Of a stretch of 64,000 nt of DNA, positions 46,460-54,319 are shown piece after piece. Position numbers and translations under genes: made by a program. The stretch is taken from positions 36,702 through 100,701 of the IMG/VR virus record IMGVR_UViG_3300037851_000950, one strand, 5' to 3'. The stretch is from a virus. Under the pieces are notes generated by a model, which made no database searches, was not told the origin of the DNA, and saw only the letters and a program-made list of their open reading frames with translations. Position 1 is the first letter of the stretch, and every line of letters starts with the position of its first letter.

Positions 46460-46774
46460 ATGGCAGCTCCTTACAATCCACCTAAGAAAAACGAGGACTT
46501 CATTATTCGAATTGCTCTGAATGATGTAGCTAATCCCGGAAGCTTTAAGGTGAACCCTACAATTGCTTCAGGGGACTTCAAAGTTTCCATTGACGGAGGT
46601 GCATTGGCCAATCTGACGACATTGCCTTCGGTGAGTCCCGCGTCTTCTATTTGGGTGCTTATCACTTTATCGGCAGCAGAGATGAACGGGGATGTGATAG
46701 CCATACAAGGAATTGACCAGACATCTCCAAAGGAATGGACTGACTGGGCTCTCTGCATACCCACAACTCAATAA
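46460..46774 (+). CDS. Small Ig-like structural protein, 104 aa
   Basis: Beta-sandwich-like pattern (GDFKVSIDGG...ITLSAAEMNGD) inside the structural cassette. Confidence 0.45.
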   Translation: MAAPYNPPKKNEDFIIRIALNDVANPGSFKVNPTIASGDFKVSIDGGALANLTTLPSVSPASSIWVLITLSAAEMNGDVIAIQGIDQTSPKEWTDWALCIPTTQ

Positions 46775-46777
46775 TCC

Positions 46778-47791
46778 ATGAGCAGTTTCAGGATATTTCT
46801 CGGTAATCCAGCTACCGGTCCTGCGACCTATAACGAATCCATTACTGAAGCTGCGTCGGCAGCAGAGTCTTCCTCGGGTCTTATTGTCGCGCTTCCCGCT
46901 ATAACGGAAGCCGCAACAGCCACTGAAGTCGAGAATGGAAACCTTGTCTTTACAAGCTCGATTACAGAGGCGGCTACAGCTACAGATTCTACCGACGCCT
47001 TGATTAGCAAGGATGTAACTATCACTGAATCCGCCAGTGCAACAGATTCTCCCAACGCAATACTTACAGCCGTTGGTACTACTACTGAAGCGGCTACGGC
47101 TACCGAGACAGAGAACGGCCTGTGGACAGGGGTTAAATCCCAGACAGAGGCCGCGTCCGCCTCGGATACTCCAGCAGCATCACTAACCAGGGCGGGGGCA
47201 ATCACTGAAGCTGGAAGTGCGACAGACACTCCCAACGGACTCTTGACCGGGGTCAAGTCAATTACCGAGGCCGGAAGTGCCTCGGACGCCCCTGGAGCAT
47301 CCCTCACCGTACTGGGGAGCATCACGGAATCGGGATCTGCCACGGATACTACTGACGGAGACGTTGCTGGAGGCACTAAGAGTATCACAGAATCGGCCTC
47401 TGCCAGCGATTCTTGCTCGGCTGCACTCGTAAGGGCGGGATCTGTTTCGGAGGCCGCCAGCGCCACAGAATCAACCGAGAAGGCCATTGTAATGACTCCA
47501 GCCATCAGCGAACCGGCCAGTGCGGCAGATGTTATATCTGCAGTAAAGGTTCACGTGGCTACTATATCGGAGATATTGTCCGCCATAGATGCCGCAGATC
47601 AGTCGCTTATTTTGGCACTATCGATGGTCGAAGCGGCATCTGCTTCGGATCTTGTTAATGCACCGACAACGATCGACGTGATTGTTGAACAAACCTCTGC
47701 GCAAGACGTTTGTAATATATCTCAGACCAGCGAATTCCAGGTTCACGAATTTAATGGGTGGAGAAAATGGCTGACTGAAGTTGAAGTTTAG
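46778..47791 (+). CDS. Protein made of ~15 tandem 20-aa repeats (ITEAASATD...), 337 aa
   Basis: Period-20 repeats: ITEAASAAESSSGLIVALPA / ITEAATATEVENGNLVFTSS / ITEAATATDSTDALISKDVT / ITESASATDSPNAILTAVGT and onward. Confidence 0.75.
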   Translation: MSSFRIFLGNPATGPATYNESITEAASAAESSSGLIVALPAITEAATATEVENGNLVFTSSITEAATATDSTDALISKDVTITESASATDSPNAILTAVGTTTEAATATETENGLWTGVKSQTEAASASDTPAASLTRAGAITEAGSATDTPNGLLTGVKSITEAGSASDAPGASLTVLGSITESGSATDTTDGDVAGGTKSITESASASDSCSAALVRAGSVSEAASATESTEKAIVMTPAISEPASAADVISAVKVHVATISEILSAIDAADQSLILALSMVEAASASDLVNAPTTIDVIVEQTSAQDVCNISQTSEFQVHEFNGWRKWLTEVEV

Positions 47792-47821
47792 TTGAAAATT
47801 GTAAAGGATAGTCTATCTTTA
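47792..47821 (+). promoter_or_regulatory. Candidate Bacteroidota-type sigma-A promoter upstream of the lysis cassette
   Basis: TTG (47792-47794), 19-nt spacer, then TATCTTTA (47814-47821), one mismatch to TAnnTTTG. It lies very close to the ATG, so the transcript would be almost leaderless. Confidence 0.3.
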
Positions 47822-47825
47822 ACCT

Positions 47826-48425
47826 ATGAACACAACCCCATCAATATCGGATGTACTTGCCGTTATGGAAAAAAAGGGTTACAAGATTTACGACAACGAC
47901 ACTAAGCCGTACAATCTGAATCTTATTGGCATCAGAACTGCAGACGCTACGCCAAATGTGTTCAATGATTGGGAATATGTAATCTGGAAATACAAAGGTT
48001 CTTGGGAAGGATTAAAGTTCGAGATCACAACAGATCCTGGACTATACTACCTTAAAGCGCCCCTGAGCGAGCTTGGGACAGCTATTCTTAAGCCTGCGCA
48101 ATGGAAAGGAATGTGGGAATTGGGCAAGCACAAGGGACTGTATCCTGCCTTGGTGCAGAAAGCACCGGTGACGGTTATTCGGGATTTTGACCGGGACAAT
48201 TATCTTGACCTGGATTCCGGCCGCGAGGAGACTGGAATATTTGGTATCAACAACCATCGGGCCATTGAGAATGGCCGCAGTATTATGGTTGAGAAGTGGT
48301 CGGCGGGATGTCAGGTCTTCGCCGATTTTTTTCATTATGAGATTTTCATGAGAATTGTATCTGAGGCTGCCAAGAATTGGACGCCGGTGTTTACTTATAC
48401 CCTCTTAACCGAAAACGATTTATGA
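47826..48425 (+). CDS. Putative endolysin with an L,D-transpeptidase (YkuD)-like His/Cys motif, 199 aa
   Basis: GINNHRA...WSAGCQV fits H-x(14-17)-S-x-G-C; also TTDPG. First gene of a cassette of membrane proteins. Confidence 0.6.
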   Translation: MNTTPSISDVLAVMEKKGYKIYDNDTKPYNLNLIGIRTADATPNVFNDWEYVIWKYKGSWEGLKFEITTDPGLYYLKAPLSELGTAILKPAQWKGMWELGKHKGLYPALVQKAPVTVIRDFDRDNYLDLDSGREETGIFGINNHRAIENGRSIMVEKWSAGCQVFADFFHYEIFMRIVSEAAKNWTPVFTYTLLTENDL

Positions 48426-48748
48426 GCTCGATCAACTGGGCAGAAGTAATCTTCTATCTCATCAGCCTTGGCGTGGTTGCTGGTATTGCCAAACAAAAAA
48501 TCGATACTCTTGTTGAGGCGACCAATCAACTCAAAGCAGAGCTTAACGACGTTAAGAACGATCACGATGATCTTAGCAAAGAACATCAGAGTATCAAATT
48601 GACTATCGTGACAGTTCCTACAAAAGATGATCTTAAAGGTCTTACCAACGAGGTACAACAGCTAAGGCTGGCCATGACCCGACTCGAAATAGTTCTTGAA
48701 CAAATTGCTTCGAAAAACGGAGTGCCTTTTAGCGGTCATCAGTCATGA
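48422..48748 (+). CDS. Membrane-anchored coiled-coil protein (holin/antiholin-like), ~108 aa
   Basis: Likely start ATG 48422 (ATGA overlap). TM segment VIFYLISLGVVAGIA followed by a heptad coiled coil. Confidence 0.55.
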   Translation: MSSINWAEVIFYLISLGVVAGIAKQKIDTLVEATNQLKAELNDVKNDHDDLSKEHQSIKLTIVTVPTKDDLKGLTNEVQQLRLAMTRLEIVLEQIASKNGVPFSGHQS

Positions 48749-49131
48749 ATTCCATTGTCAAATTCATTCATGATTTTGTCGAGCATGTAATCAAAGAGCA
48801 TCCTGAGCATGTACTTTTCTACATTCTCAATTCTATTTTGATCATCATCGTTCTTGTTGAGAACAGAAAAGCTTTTAAACGAGGACTCGAAGGAGCTAAC
48901 GGATTATGGGAAGCGCCGGAAGCGGTTCTTTATATCTGGATGTGGATGTTTCCGTTTTCGATCAATGGCGTTCTTTTTCTGGATCTTCGTCCGCCGGACA
49001 TGTTTTGGTACTTCATGCTTTTCTGTCTGCTTTTTGCGTTAGCTGGCAAGGAAGGTATTACGATGCTTTTTAACTGGCGTGGAGTTCCGCCTCCGCCCAA
49101 GAAGGAGGAGACATCTAAAGAACAAGAATGA
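48745..49131 (+). CDS. Putative holin (3 TM), 128 aa
   Basis: Three hydrophobic helices and a charged C-terminus (PPPKKEETSKEQE) in the lysis cassette. Confidence 0.55.
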   Translation: MNSIVKFIHDFVEHVIKEHPEHVLFYILNSILIIIVLVENRKAFKRGLEGANGLWEAPEAVLYIWMWMFPFSINGVLFLDLRPPDMFWYFMLFCLLFALAGKEGITMLFNWRGVPPPPKKEETSKEQE

Positions 49132-49466
49132 ATCGCAACATAATTTTTGTTATTGTTCTGGCAGTCGCCTGTTTCTTTATTGGTCGGCTTTCCAAGCCAG
49201 ATAAAAACGAAGATCTGAATCGCATCACACAACAACTTGACTCCGTGCGTGCTGATAAAAAACGCCTTCAGCAAGAACTTATTCTGGATGCTGTTGCCAG
49301 AGTCAAAATGGAAGAGCAATTCAAACGCAAAATCGAAAAGAGCGATTCCATGCTGCATGTTGATAGTCTGATCATCAGAAAATATGCAAGGCTGATAAAT
49401 AAAAAACGCACGCCCCATGAAATTGAGAATACTATGCTTGGTATTTATCTGGAGTCTGTCCGCTAA
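49128..49466 (+). CDS. Putative spanin subunit (N-terminal hydrophobic anchor + coiled coil), 112 aa
   Basis: IIFVIVLAVACFFIG followed by coiled coil; overlaps the next gene by 50 nt, as spanin pairs often do. Confidence 0.55.
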   Translation: MNRNIIFVIVLAVACFFIGRLSKPDKNEDLNRITQQLDSVRADKKRLQQELILDAVARVKMEEQFKRKIEKSDSMLHVDSLIIRKYARLINKKRTPHEIENTMLGIYLESVR

Positions 49467-49824
49467 TGCTCAAACCAAGTCCGCTGAAGTTCCAATCGTC
49501 GTACTCCCTGCGGAAGCTGCTGACTTCTTTCTCCAGAAATACTATACGGGGGTTCGGGATTCGATTCGATTTAAAAACGCGCAAGCAGATAAACAAAATT
49601 TACTGGATGCTATTGCTATTAAGTCCCGACAATGCGAAAGCTGTGAACTGTCGCTCGTTAAGAAAGATTCAGTTATCTCACTTTTGGTATCGGAGAAAAA
49701 GTTGGCAATCGACTCAGCAGAAGTAAAATGTGCAGAGAAAGTCGATAGTGTGAAAAAAGGAAACAAAATTCGTAATTGGATTATCGTTGTGCTGGCTACA
49801 TACGGTCTTGCTAAAACTCTTTAG
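49417..49824 (+). CDS. Putative second spanin subunit (signal peptide, coiled coil, C-terminal hydrophobic tail), 135 aa
   Basis: MKLRILCLVFIWSLSANA|Q signal peptide, CESC, and C-terminal WIIVVLATYGL. Confidence 0.5.
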   Translation: MKLRILCLVFIWSLSANAQTKSAEVPIVVLPAEAADFFLQKYYTGVRDSIRFKNAQADKQNLLDAIAIKSRQCESCELSLVKKDSVISLLVSEKKLAIDSAEVKCAEKVDSVKKGNKIRNWIIVVLATYGLAKTL

Positions 49825-49833
49825 TGGTCCCTT

Positions 49834-49856
49834 CAAACCCTGGCCGAAGCCAGGGT
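49834..49856 (-). terminator. Intrinsic terminator at the convergence of the late and replication modules
   Basis: Perfect 8-bp stem; the minus strand reads ACCCTGGC-TTCG-GCCAGGGT-TTG (C-UUCG-G tetraloop, short U tract). Confidence 0.6.
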
Positions 49857-49913
49857 CTGTCGGTACAAAAAACAACCACTACATGACGCAAAAAATGCTG
49901 TGTCAGAAGCGCG

Positions 49914-50486
49914 TCAGTGAATCTTAAGAATTTTGTTCAGTTCATTTGCCCATCCCACTGCACTCTGATCAATCACATGACTGAATGAGTAACCGTCCAT
50001 TAACGCATCCTCCCGGGATACAGGGGACGTGTTTGCAGGATCATTGAATCGAATCACAACACCACCGCGGGCAATGATTGCGTCGGCTTGATTGGGGTAC
50101 TGTACAGAAAGTACAGAACTCTCCCAGTTTACATTGTTGAAAAATGCGTTTACCCAGATGTCCGAGTGAATCGTACGCATCTCATACTTGAGACGAGTAA
50201 AAATCTGTTTGGGGGTAAGGTAATAACGCACGGATTTGAACGTAACTTGTCCGTTCTCGATGAACTTCTCGGTGATGATGTACGACCACTCTGCCCCCAG
50301 GTAAGAGGTCATTGCGTCGCTGTTCTTGAGGAAGTGCGAACCGGTGAGTGTTTTCACCAGATCAAGAATTGGCTTATCGAAGTCAAGAAGTTTGTATGGT
50401 GCCAGGTTAGATATCAGGCTTGCAATCCGTTCCCTTTCTGCCGGATGGGCGCTTGAGACTCCGATTATTTTTGGTTGGGATTCCAT
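49914..50486 (-). CDS. dNMP kinase homologue with degenerate catalytic motifs, 190 aa
   Basis: Scaffold matches phage dNMP kinases (IIGVS, F.KP...LV..LTG, LG.EW, LTP, R.IH.DIWVNA.F, PN.A.AI..RGG.VIR). The P-loop reads SSAHPAERE and D.RF.NE reads SVQYPNQ. Confidence 0.65.
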   Translation of the reverse strand: MESQPKIIGVSSAHPAERERIASLISNLAPYKLLDFDKPILDLVKTLTGSHFLKNSDAMTSYLGAEWSYIITEKFIENGQVTFKSVRYYLTPKQIFTRLKYEMRTIHSDIWVNAFFNNVNWESSVLSVQYPNQADAIIARGGVVIRFNDPANTSPVSREDALMDGYSFSHVIDQSAVGWANELNKILKIH

Positions 50487-50719
50487 TTTTCGATTGTTTT
50501 TCTAATTCTCGTCATTTCGTCTTCGATGTCCTTCACACTTCCTGTAACTTCTTCCAAAGCCTCTTTGGCTTCGTAGTAAAGTCGCTGCAGTGAAGTCTCG
50601 GGGACTTTGTCCTCGATAACCTTCATGAGAGTATCTACTTCAAGAGATTTGAGCTGGTCAATGAACGCTTCAAACTCTTCCTTTCCCAGGAACGGGTACT
50701 TTTCTCGGTCAATTTTCAT
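50465..50719 (-). CDS. Hypothetical helical protein, ~84 aa
   Basis: Likely start ATG 50719 (MKIDREKY); coiled-coil C-terminus. Confidence 0.5.
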   Translation of the reverse strand: MKIDREKYPFLGKEEFEAFIDQLKSLEVDTLMKVIEDKVPETSLQRLYYEAKEALEEVTGSVKDIEDEMTRIRKTIEKWNPNQK

Positions 50720-50891
50720 ATTGGTATTTTCGTTTCTTTTTTTGACGGTGTGAGTGAACATTTACCCAGGATCGTCCTTTGTATTGCCACACTCTTTTGC
50801 AAGTGTCACATCCCCAGTAATTGTCTTCGAATTCAAAGACCTTGTTTCCACACTCAAGACAGTTCTGAAGTATTGGTTGCACTTTTTTCAT
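50709..50891 (-). CDS. Small Zn-ribbon protein, ~60 aa
   Basis: CLEC...CDTC pairs and a basic tail; likely start ATG 50891, downstream of the terminator hairpin. Confidence 0.5.
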   Translation of the reverse strand: MKKVQPILQNCLECGNKVFEFEDNYWGCDTCKRVWQYKGRSWVNVHSHRQKKKRKYQYEN

Positions 50892-50905
50892 TTCTTTAAA
50901 TTTAA

Positions 50906-50940
50906 GAAAAGGCGGGAGATGGCGAACCACCTCCCTGCCT
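50906..50940 (-). terminator. Intrinsic terminator downstream of the vWA gene
   Basis: Minus strand reads AGGCAGGGAGGTGG-TTCG-CCATCTCCCGCCT-TTTC: GC-rich imperfect stem, UUCG loop, U tract. Confidence 0.6.
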
Positions 50941-50992
50941 ATTTCCGAGTTTAAACACACCTCTGTAAGGTATCGTTCAGATTTGCAGATTT

Positions 50993-53068
50993 TTACAGAC
51001 CGAAGATTTTGTGCGCCTTGCGCAGGATCAACTTTCTGAGATCATCTACCATCTGCTTTGGCGAGTCGTAATGAATGAATTCATCGAACATCAGCGCTTG
51101 GGTCTTTTCATTGATTTCTTTCCCAATTCCAATTTGAATTGGGAAGAACTTCATCTTTGAAATATGAGTTACGGCATGCCGGGTATCTTTTATGCCATTA
51201 TATCCCCAGGCTGAGGGCTGTCCGTCGCTAATCATAAAGAACAGCATTGGATCTTGAGTGAATTGCCTAACTCGTTTTGCAACAGCGCGCATACAATCCC
51301 CGTCTCGGTTATTTGCTCTTCCTCTTACGCTTCCCAGCCCATAACGAACTTTCATTCCAGGTTCACGATAACGGAAAATTGTGTTTTTCTCTTCACCATT
51401 ATAGTCCGAAGTAAAACCGTAAATGAAAAGCTTTCCTGCGGGGAAAGATTCAAAAGCCTTCTCAATCAAAATTGCTGCCTTAGATGCGTTATCCACTTTC
51501 GGACCTCCTTGGGGTCCCATTGAACCACTTTCGTCGATAAGTACGACGATGTTGAGTTCTCGGGTCTCCTTTTCAATACGATGTGTATGAACTGTGGGGA
51601 CACCATGAGCAGCCTCAACGATCTTTGCGTCGTCAAGCTGACCAGATTGTAGTCCCCGCAAATTCTTTGCTTCGTTAAAGGTTTTCGTGTAAAGAGAATT
51701 TGCAAGACGTCGGGCATCTGAGCTGACATTGGAAGCAAGATGAGTGTAGCGGCTTTTGTCAGGTTCTCCGATATGAAAGATGGCTTCATTTTCAGAATCG
51801 TGAACAAATTCTTCATTGAATTTGATCGTTGAAGCAACCATCGAATCCTGTACCTTCTTACTTTTATCATTGTCAGAGACAAAAGCTTCCATCATTTCGG
51901 AGATATGAATCTCAATCTGCATCAGCGTTTCTCTTATTTCTTTTGCTTCAGCTTTTGCTTCTTGGGGGGTCTTGGATTCTTCACCAGAATCAGATTTGTC
52001 GGAGTCTTCTTCAGATTCCGATTCCTCTCCAGAGTCTTCAGAGTCTTTTTCGGAATCTTGCTCTTTATCTTGCTCCTCTTGACCATCTTCTTTTTCGTCC
52101 TCTTCTTTCTCTTTTGAAAAAGTCTTGGTCTCTTTTTCATCTTTGTTCTCCTCTTTCGGATTCTCTTTTTCTTCTTTCTCGGACTTTGATTCTTTACCAG
52201 ACCCCTTGCTTTCTCCAGTCTCTTTGTTCTTCTTACTTTGATTTTCGTTCTCGCATTTCTCTTTTGCTTTTAACTGTGGCTTCGGAGGACTCATCGCTTC
52301 CTTCATCATTTTCTTGATAATTTTTGCGATTTTTCCCGATACCTCGTACGCAGCATCAAAAGTCATTGGATACGGAGTAAGAAGCTTGCGAAGCTTATTG
52401 ATCTTCTTTTCGTGTTTCTTGTAAAGAGTCTCGTCAATGTGAACAGGATACCTGACCAGCTTGAAGAAGATGTCGAATACTTCCAGCGCAGCTTTCTCCT
52501 TTTCGGTTATCTTTTTGAATCCCAGAGTGCTGTCCTCAATGGCTTTATTAATAAGATATCGCTCATCCAGCATGTACTTCTTGACATCAGCCAGGTTCTT
52601 TGCATAACCCGGAAATTCATCAGTAAGTAAATGCTCGATGCGCTCATCTTCGACAATGTTCAAAACAGATTGGTGAAGCTTGCTTGTTGGTTTTTTACTG
52701 AAGTCTGTAAAGCGAATATGAGCCATTTCGTGAGTTGTAAGACCAACCATAATATCGGCCTTTTGCTCAAATGTCTTGCCTTTTTCGTCCAGTACAGTTG
52801 TTCCGACAAGAACGCGTCTTCCGTCTGTAACTGCAGTCTTCTCGTGGGGATTGATGGAGAATTCTACTTTTCGTCCATCGGCAATGATCGAACATCGATT
52901 TGTGCACAACTTGTTGATTTCGCGAAGTTGTCCTTCTACCGTTGCCGGTCGATGAGAGTTCCCCAGTACGTAGTTTGTTGTCGATTCAAAGTCTTTGTCC
53001 CAACCGGAGCGAAATCCGCCCCGGTGGACAAAGTCATTGTCACGACTTATTAAGTCTTTGCGTTTCAT
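50993..53068 (-). CDS. CobT-like vWA protein with N-terminal HExxH metallopeptidase-like domain and acidic linker, 691 aa
   Basis: HEMAH...NIVEDERIE, E/K/S/D-rich linker, SGQLD, MIDAS LIDESGSM and ISDGQP. Confidence 0.85.
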   Translation of the reverse strand: MKRKDLISRDNDFVHRGGFRSGWDKDFESTTNYVLGNSHRPATVEGQLREINKLCTNRCSIIADGRKVEFSINPHEKTAVTDGRRVLVGTTVLDEKGKTFEQKADIMVGLTTHEMAHIRFTDFSKKPTSKLHQSVLNIVEDERIEHLLTDEFPGYAKNLADVKKYMLDERYLINKAIEDSTLGFKKITEKEKAALEVFDIFFKLVRYPVHIDETLYKKHEKKINKLRKLLTPYPMTFDAAYEVSGKIAKIIKKMMKEAMSPPKPQLKAKEKCENENQSKKNKETGESKGSGKESKSEKEEKENPKEENKDEKETKTFSKEKEEDEKEDGQEEQDKEQDSEKDSEDSGEESESEEDSDKSDSGEESKTPQEAKAEAKEIRETLMQIEIHISEMMEAFVSDNDKSKKVQDSMVASTIKFNEEFVHDSENEAIFHIGEPDKSRYTHLASNVSSDARRLANSLYTKTFNEAKNLRGLQSGQLDDAKIVEAAHGVPTVHTHRIEKETRELNIVVLIDESGSMGPQGGPKVDNASKAAILIEKAFESFPAGKLFIYGFTSDYNGEEKNTIFRYREPGMKVRYGLGSVRGRANNRDGDCMRAVAKRVRQFTQDPMLFFMISDGQPSAWGYNGIKDTRHAVTHISKMKFFPIQIGIGKEINEKTQALMFDEFIHYDSPKQMVDDLRKLILRKAHKIFGL

Positions 53069-54309
53069 CGTGATGCGAGTAGATCTTTTACTTTCTTGCG
53101 ATCGTCTTCGATAATGAACATCGGCAGGAATGCAATTTCCATGGCTTTTGCCACGGCCATTCCGCCGGCTGCCAAATCGGCTGCGTAAAGCGTGTGACGA
53201 ATAGATACCGAACTGGAGATGTCTTCTCCTTTGTTCAAATCCCGAATGCTTCGTCCAACTTTTACGATTACTTTCGCAAGGTTTTTGTCAATCGTAGTCC
53301 GGTTTACAAGAAGGTTGACTTCCTGAGCTTCAGGCATGTAACTCACCATAATTGGCCGGAATCGTTCTTTCAAAGCTCTGTCGAGTACGTTGTTGCCGGT
53401 GTACTCATATCCCTCGTTTGCAGTTGCTATGAAAGCGCACTCGGGATGGAGTTTGATTGTCCGCAGTCCATGAGAAGCAACATCCATGTTCAGCTCGCGA
53501 CGTGAGTCGAGAATCGGAAACAGAATATTGTTTGTATTCATGGGTGCGCGTGGCAGCTCGTCCAGAACAATGATGTTTGGTCCCTCAAGGGCATAGGTGA
53601 AGTCAGCACGGTCAAAAACAGACTTACCGTCCTCAAAGCGATGAACTCCAATCAAAGATGCAATAGGGTCCTGCTTGGCAGCCATATCGAATACTTTGGT
53701 TGGTTTCTTCAGTCTCATTCCCATAAGGATTGACAGTTCTGTCTTTCCTGTACCGGAATCACCTACCAACATGGTGTTGTATCCTCTGTGAAGATTGAAC
53801 AGAAGCGATGCCCACACATCAGCTTCTACATAGAAGTTGTCGTTCTCTACCGTTGGTATGGGATTTTCCTTGAGCAGTTTGTCCAGAAAAGACAGTCCTG
53901 GTGTCGGGTTCGCTTTCTTTGCATCCTTATCAAGCTTGGCAAGCACTTCGGCTGCTTCCGCCTGCTTGAGGTATTCCTCATAGGCGTTCTTGATATCGAC
54001 AGTTACCCCACTGGCAATGCAAATCAATTGCTGAGATGTGTCTTTCTTGGCATTATAGAACTTATTTCCTGATGGGCTATTCTGAATTTCGATGAACTTT
54101 GAAGCGAAGATGGTACCAATAGGATGAACTTCCCGCGGTTTGAGATCGCTCTTGGTGTTCAATTCAGTATTGCCAGGGATGAAGTTACCTGGAGAAGCAG
54201 GATCCGGCACCCATTGCCCGGGCAATAGTTTGAGCCTGGCTACTCCGTTCTCGCTTTTCTCGTTTACGGTCTTAAAGAACCATATTTCGGGTTTCGTGAT
54301 TTCGTACAT
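53065..54309 (-). CDS. MoxR-family (CobS/CbbQ-like) AAA+ ATPase, 414 aa
   Basis: Walker A GDSGTGKT, Walker B IVLDELPR, FIATAN, LDRALKERF, SIR; coupled to the vWA gene. Confidence 0.88.
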   Translation of the reverse strand: MYEITKPEIWFFKTVNEKSENGVARLKLLPGQWVPDPASPGNFIPGNTELNTKSDLKPREVHPIGTIFASKFIEIQNSPSGNKFYNAKKDTSQQLICIASGVTVDIKNAYEEYLKQAEAAEVLAKLDKDAKKANPTPGLSFLDKLLKENPIPTVENDNFYVEADVWASLLFNLHRGYNTMLVGDSGTGKTELSILMGMRLKKPTKVFDMAAKQDPIASLIGVHRFEDGKSVFDRADFTYALEGPNIIVLDELPRAPMNTNNILFPILDSRRELNMDVASHGLRTIKLHPECAFIATANEGYEYTGNNVLDRALKERFRPIMVSYMPEAQEVNLLVNRTTIDKNLAKVIVKVGRSIRDLNKGEDISSSVSIRHTLYAADLAAGGMAVAKAMEIAFLPMFIIEDDRKKVKDLLASR

Positions 54310-54319
54310 GTGTTTTGAT

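Noticed and set aside
46828-47505. 225-aa antisense ORF with repeats
   Set aside because: It mirrors the A/T/S/E-rich repeat gene on the plus strand; the open frame is explained by codon bias.
51900-52300. Low-complexity purine/pyrimidine-skewed tract as a possible origin or repeat element
   Set aside because: It encodes the E/K/S/D-rich linker of the vWA protein.
50993-54309. Cobalamin biosynthesis (cobS/cobT) as auxiliary metabolic genes
   Set aside because: No cobN or other cob genes are present. Phage MoxR/vWA pairs are generic chaperone-like modules, so no gene symbols were assigned.
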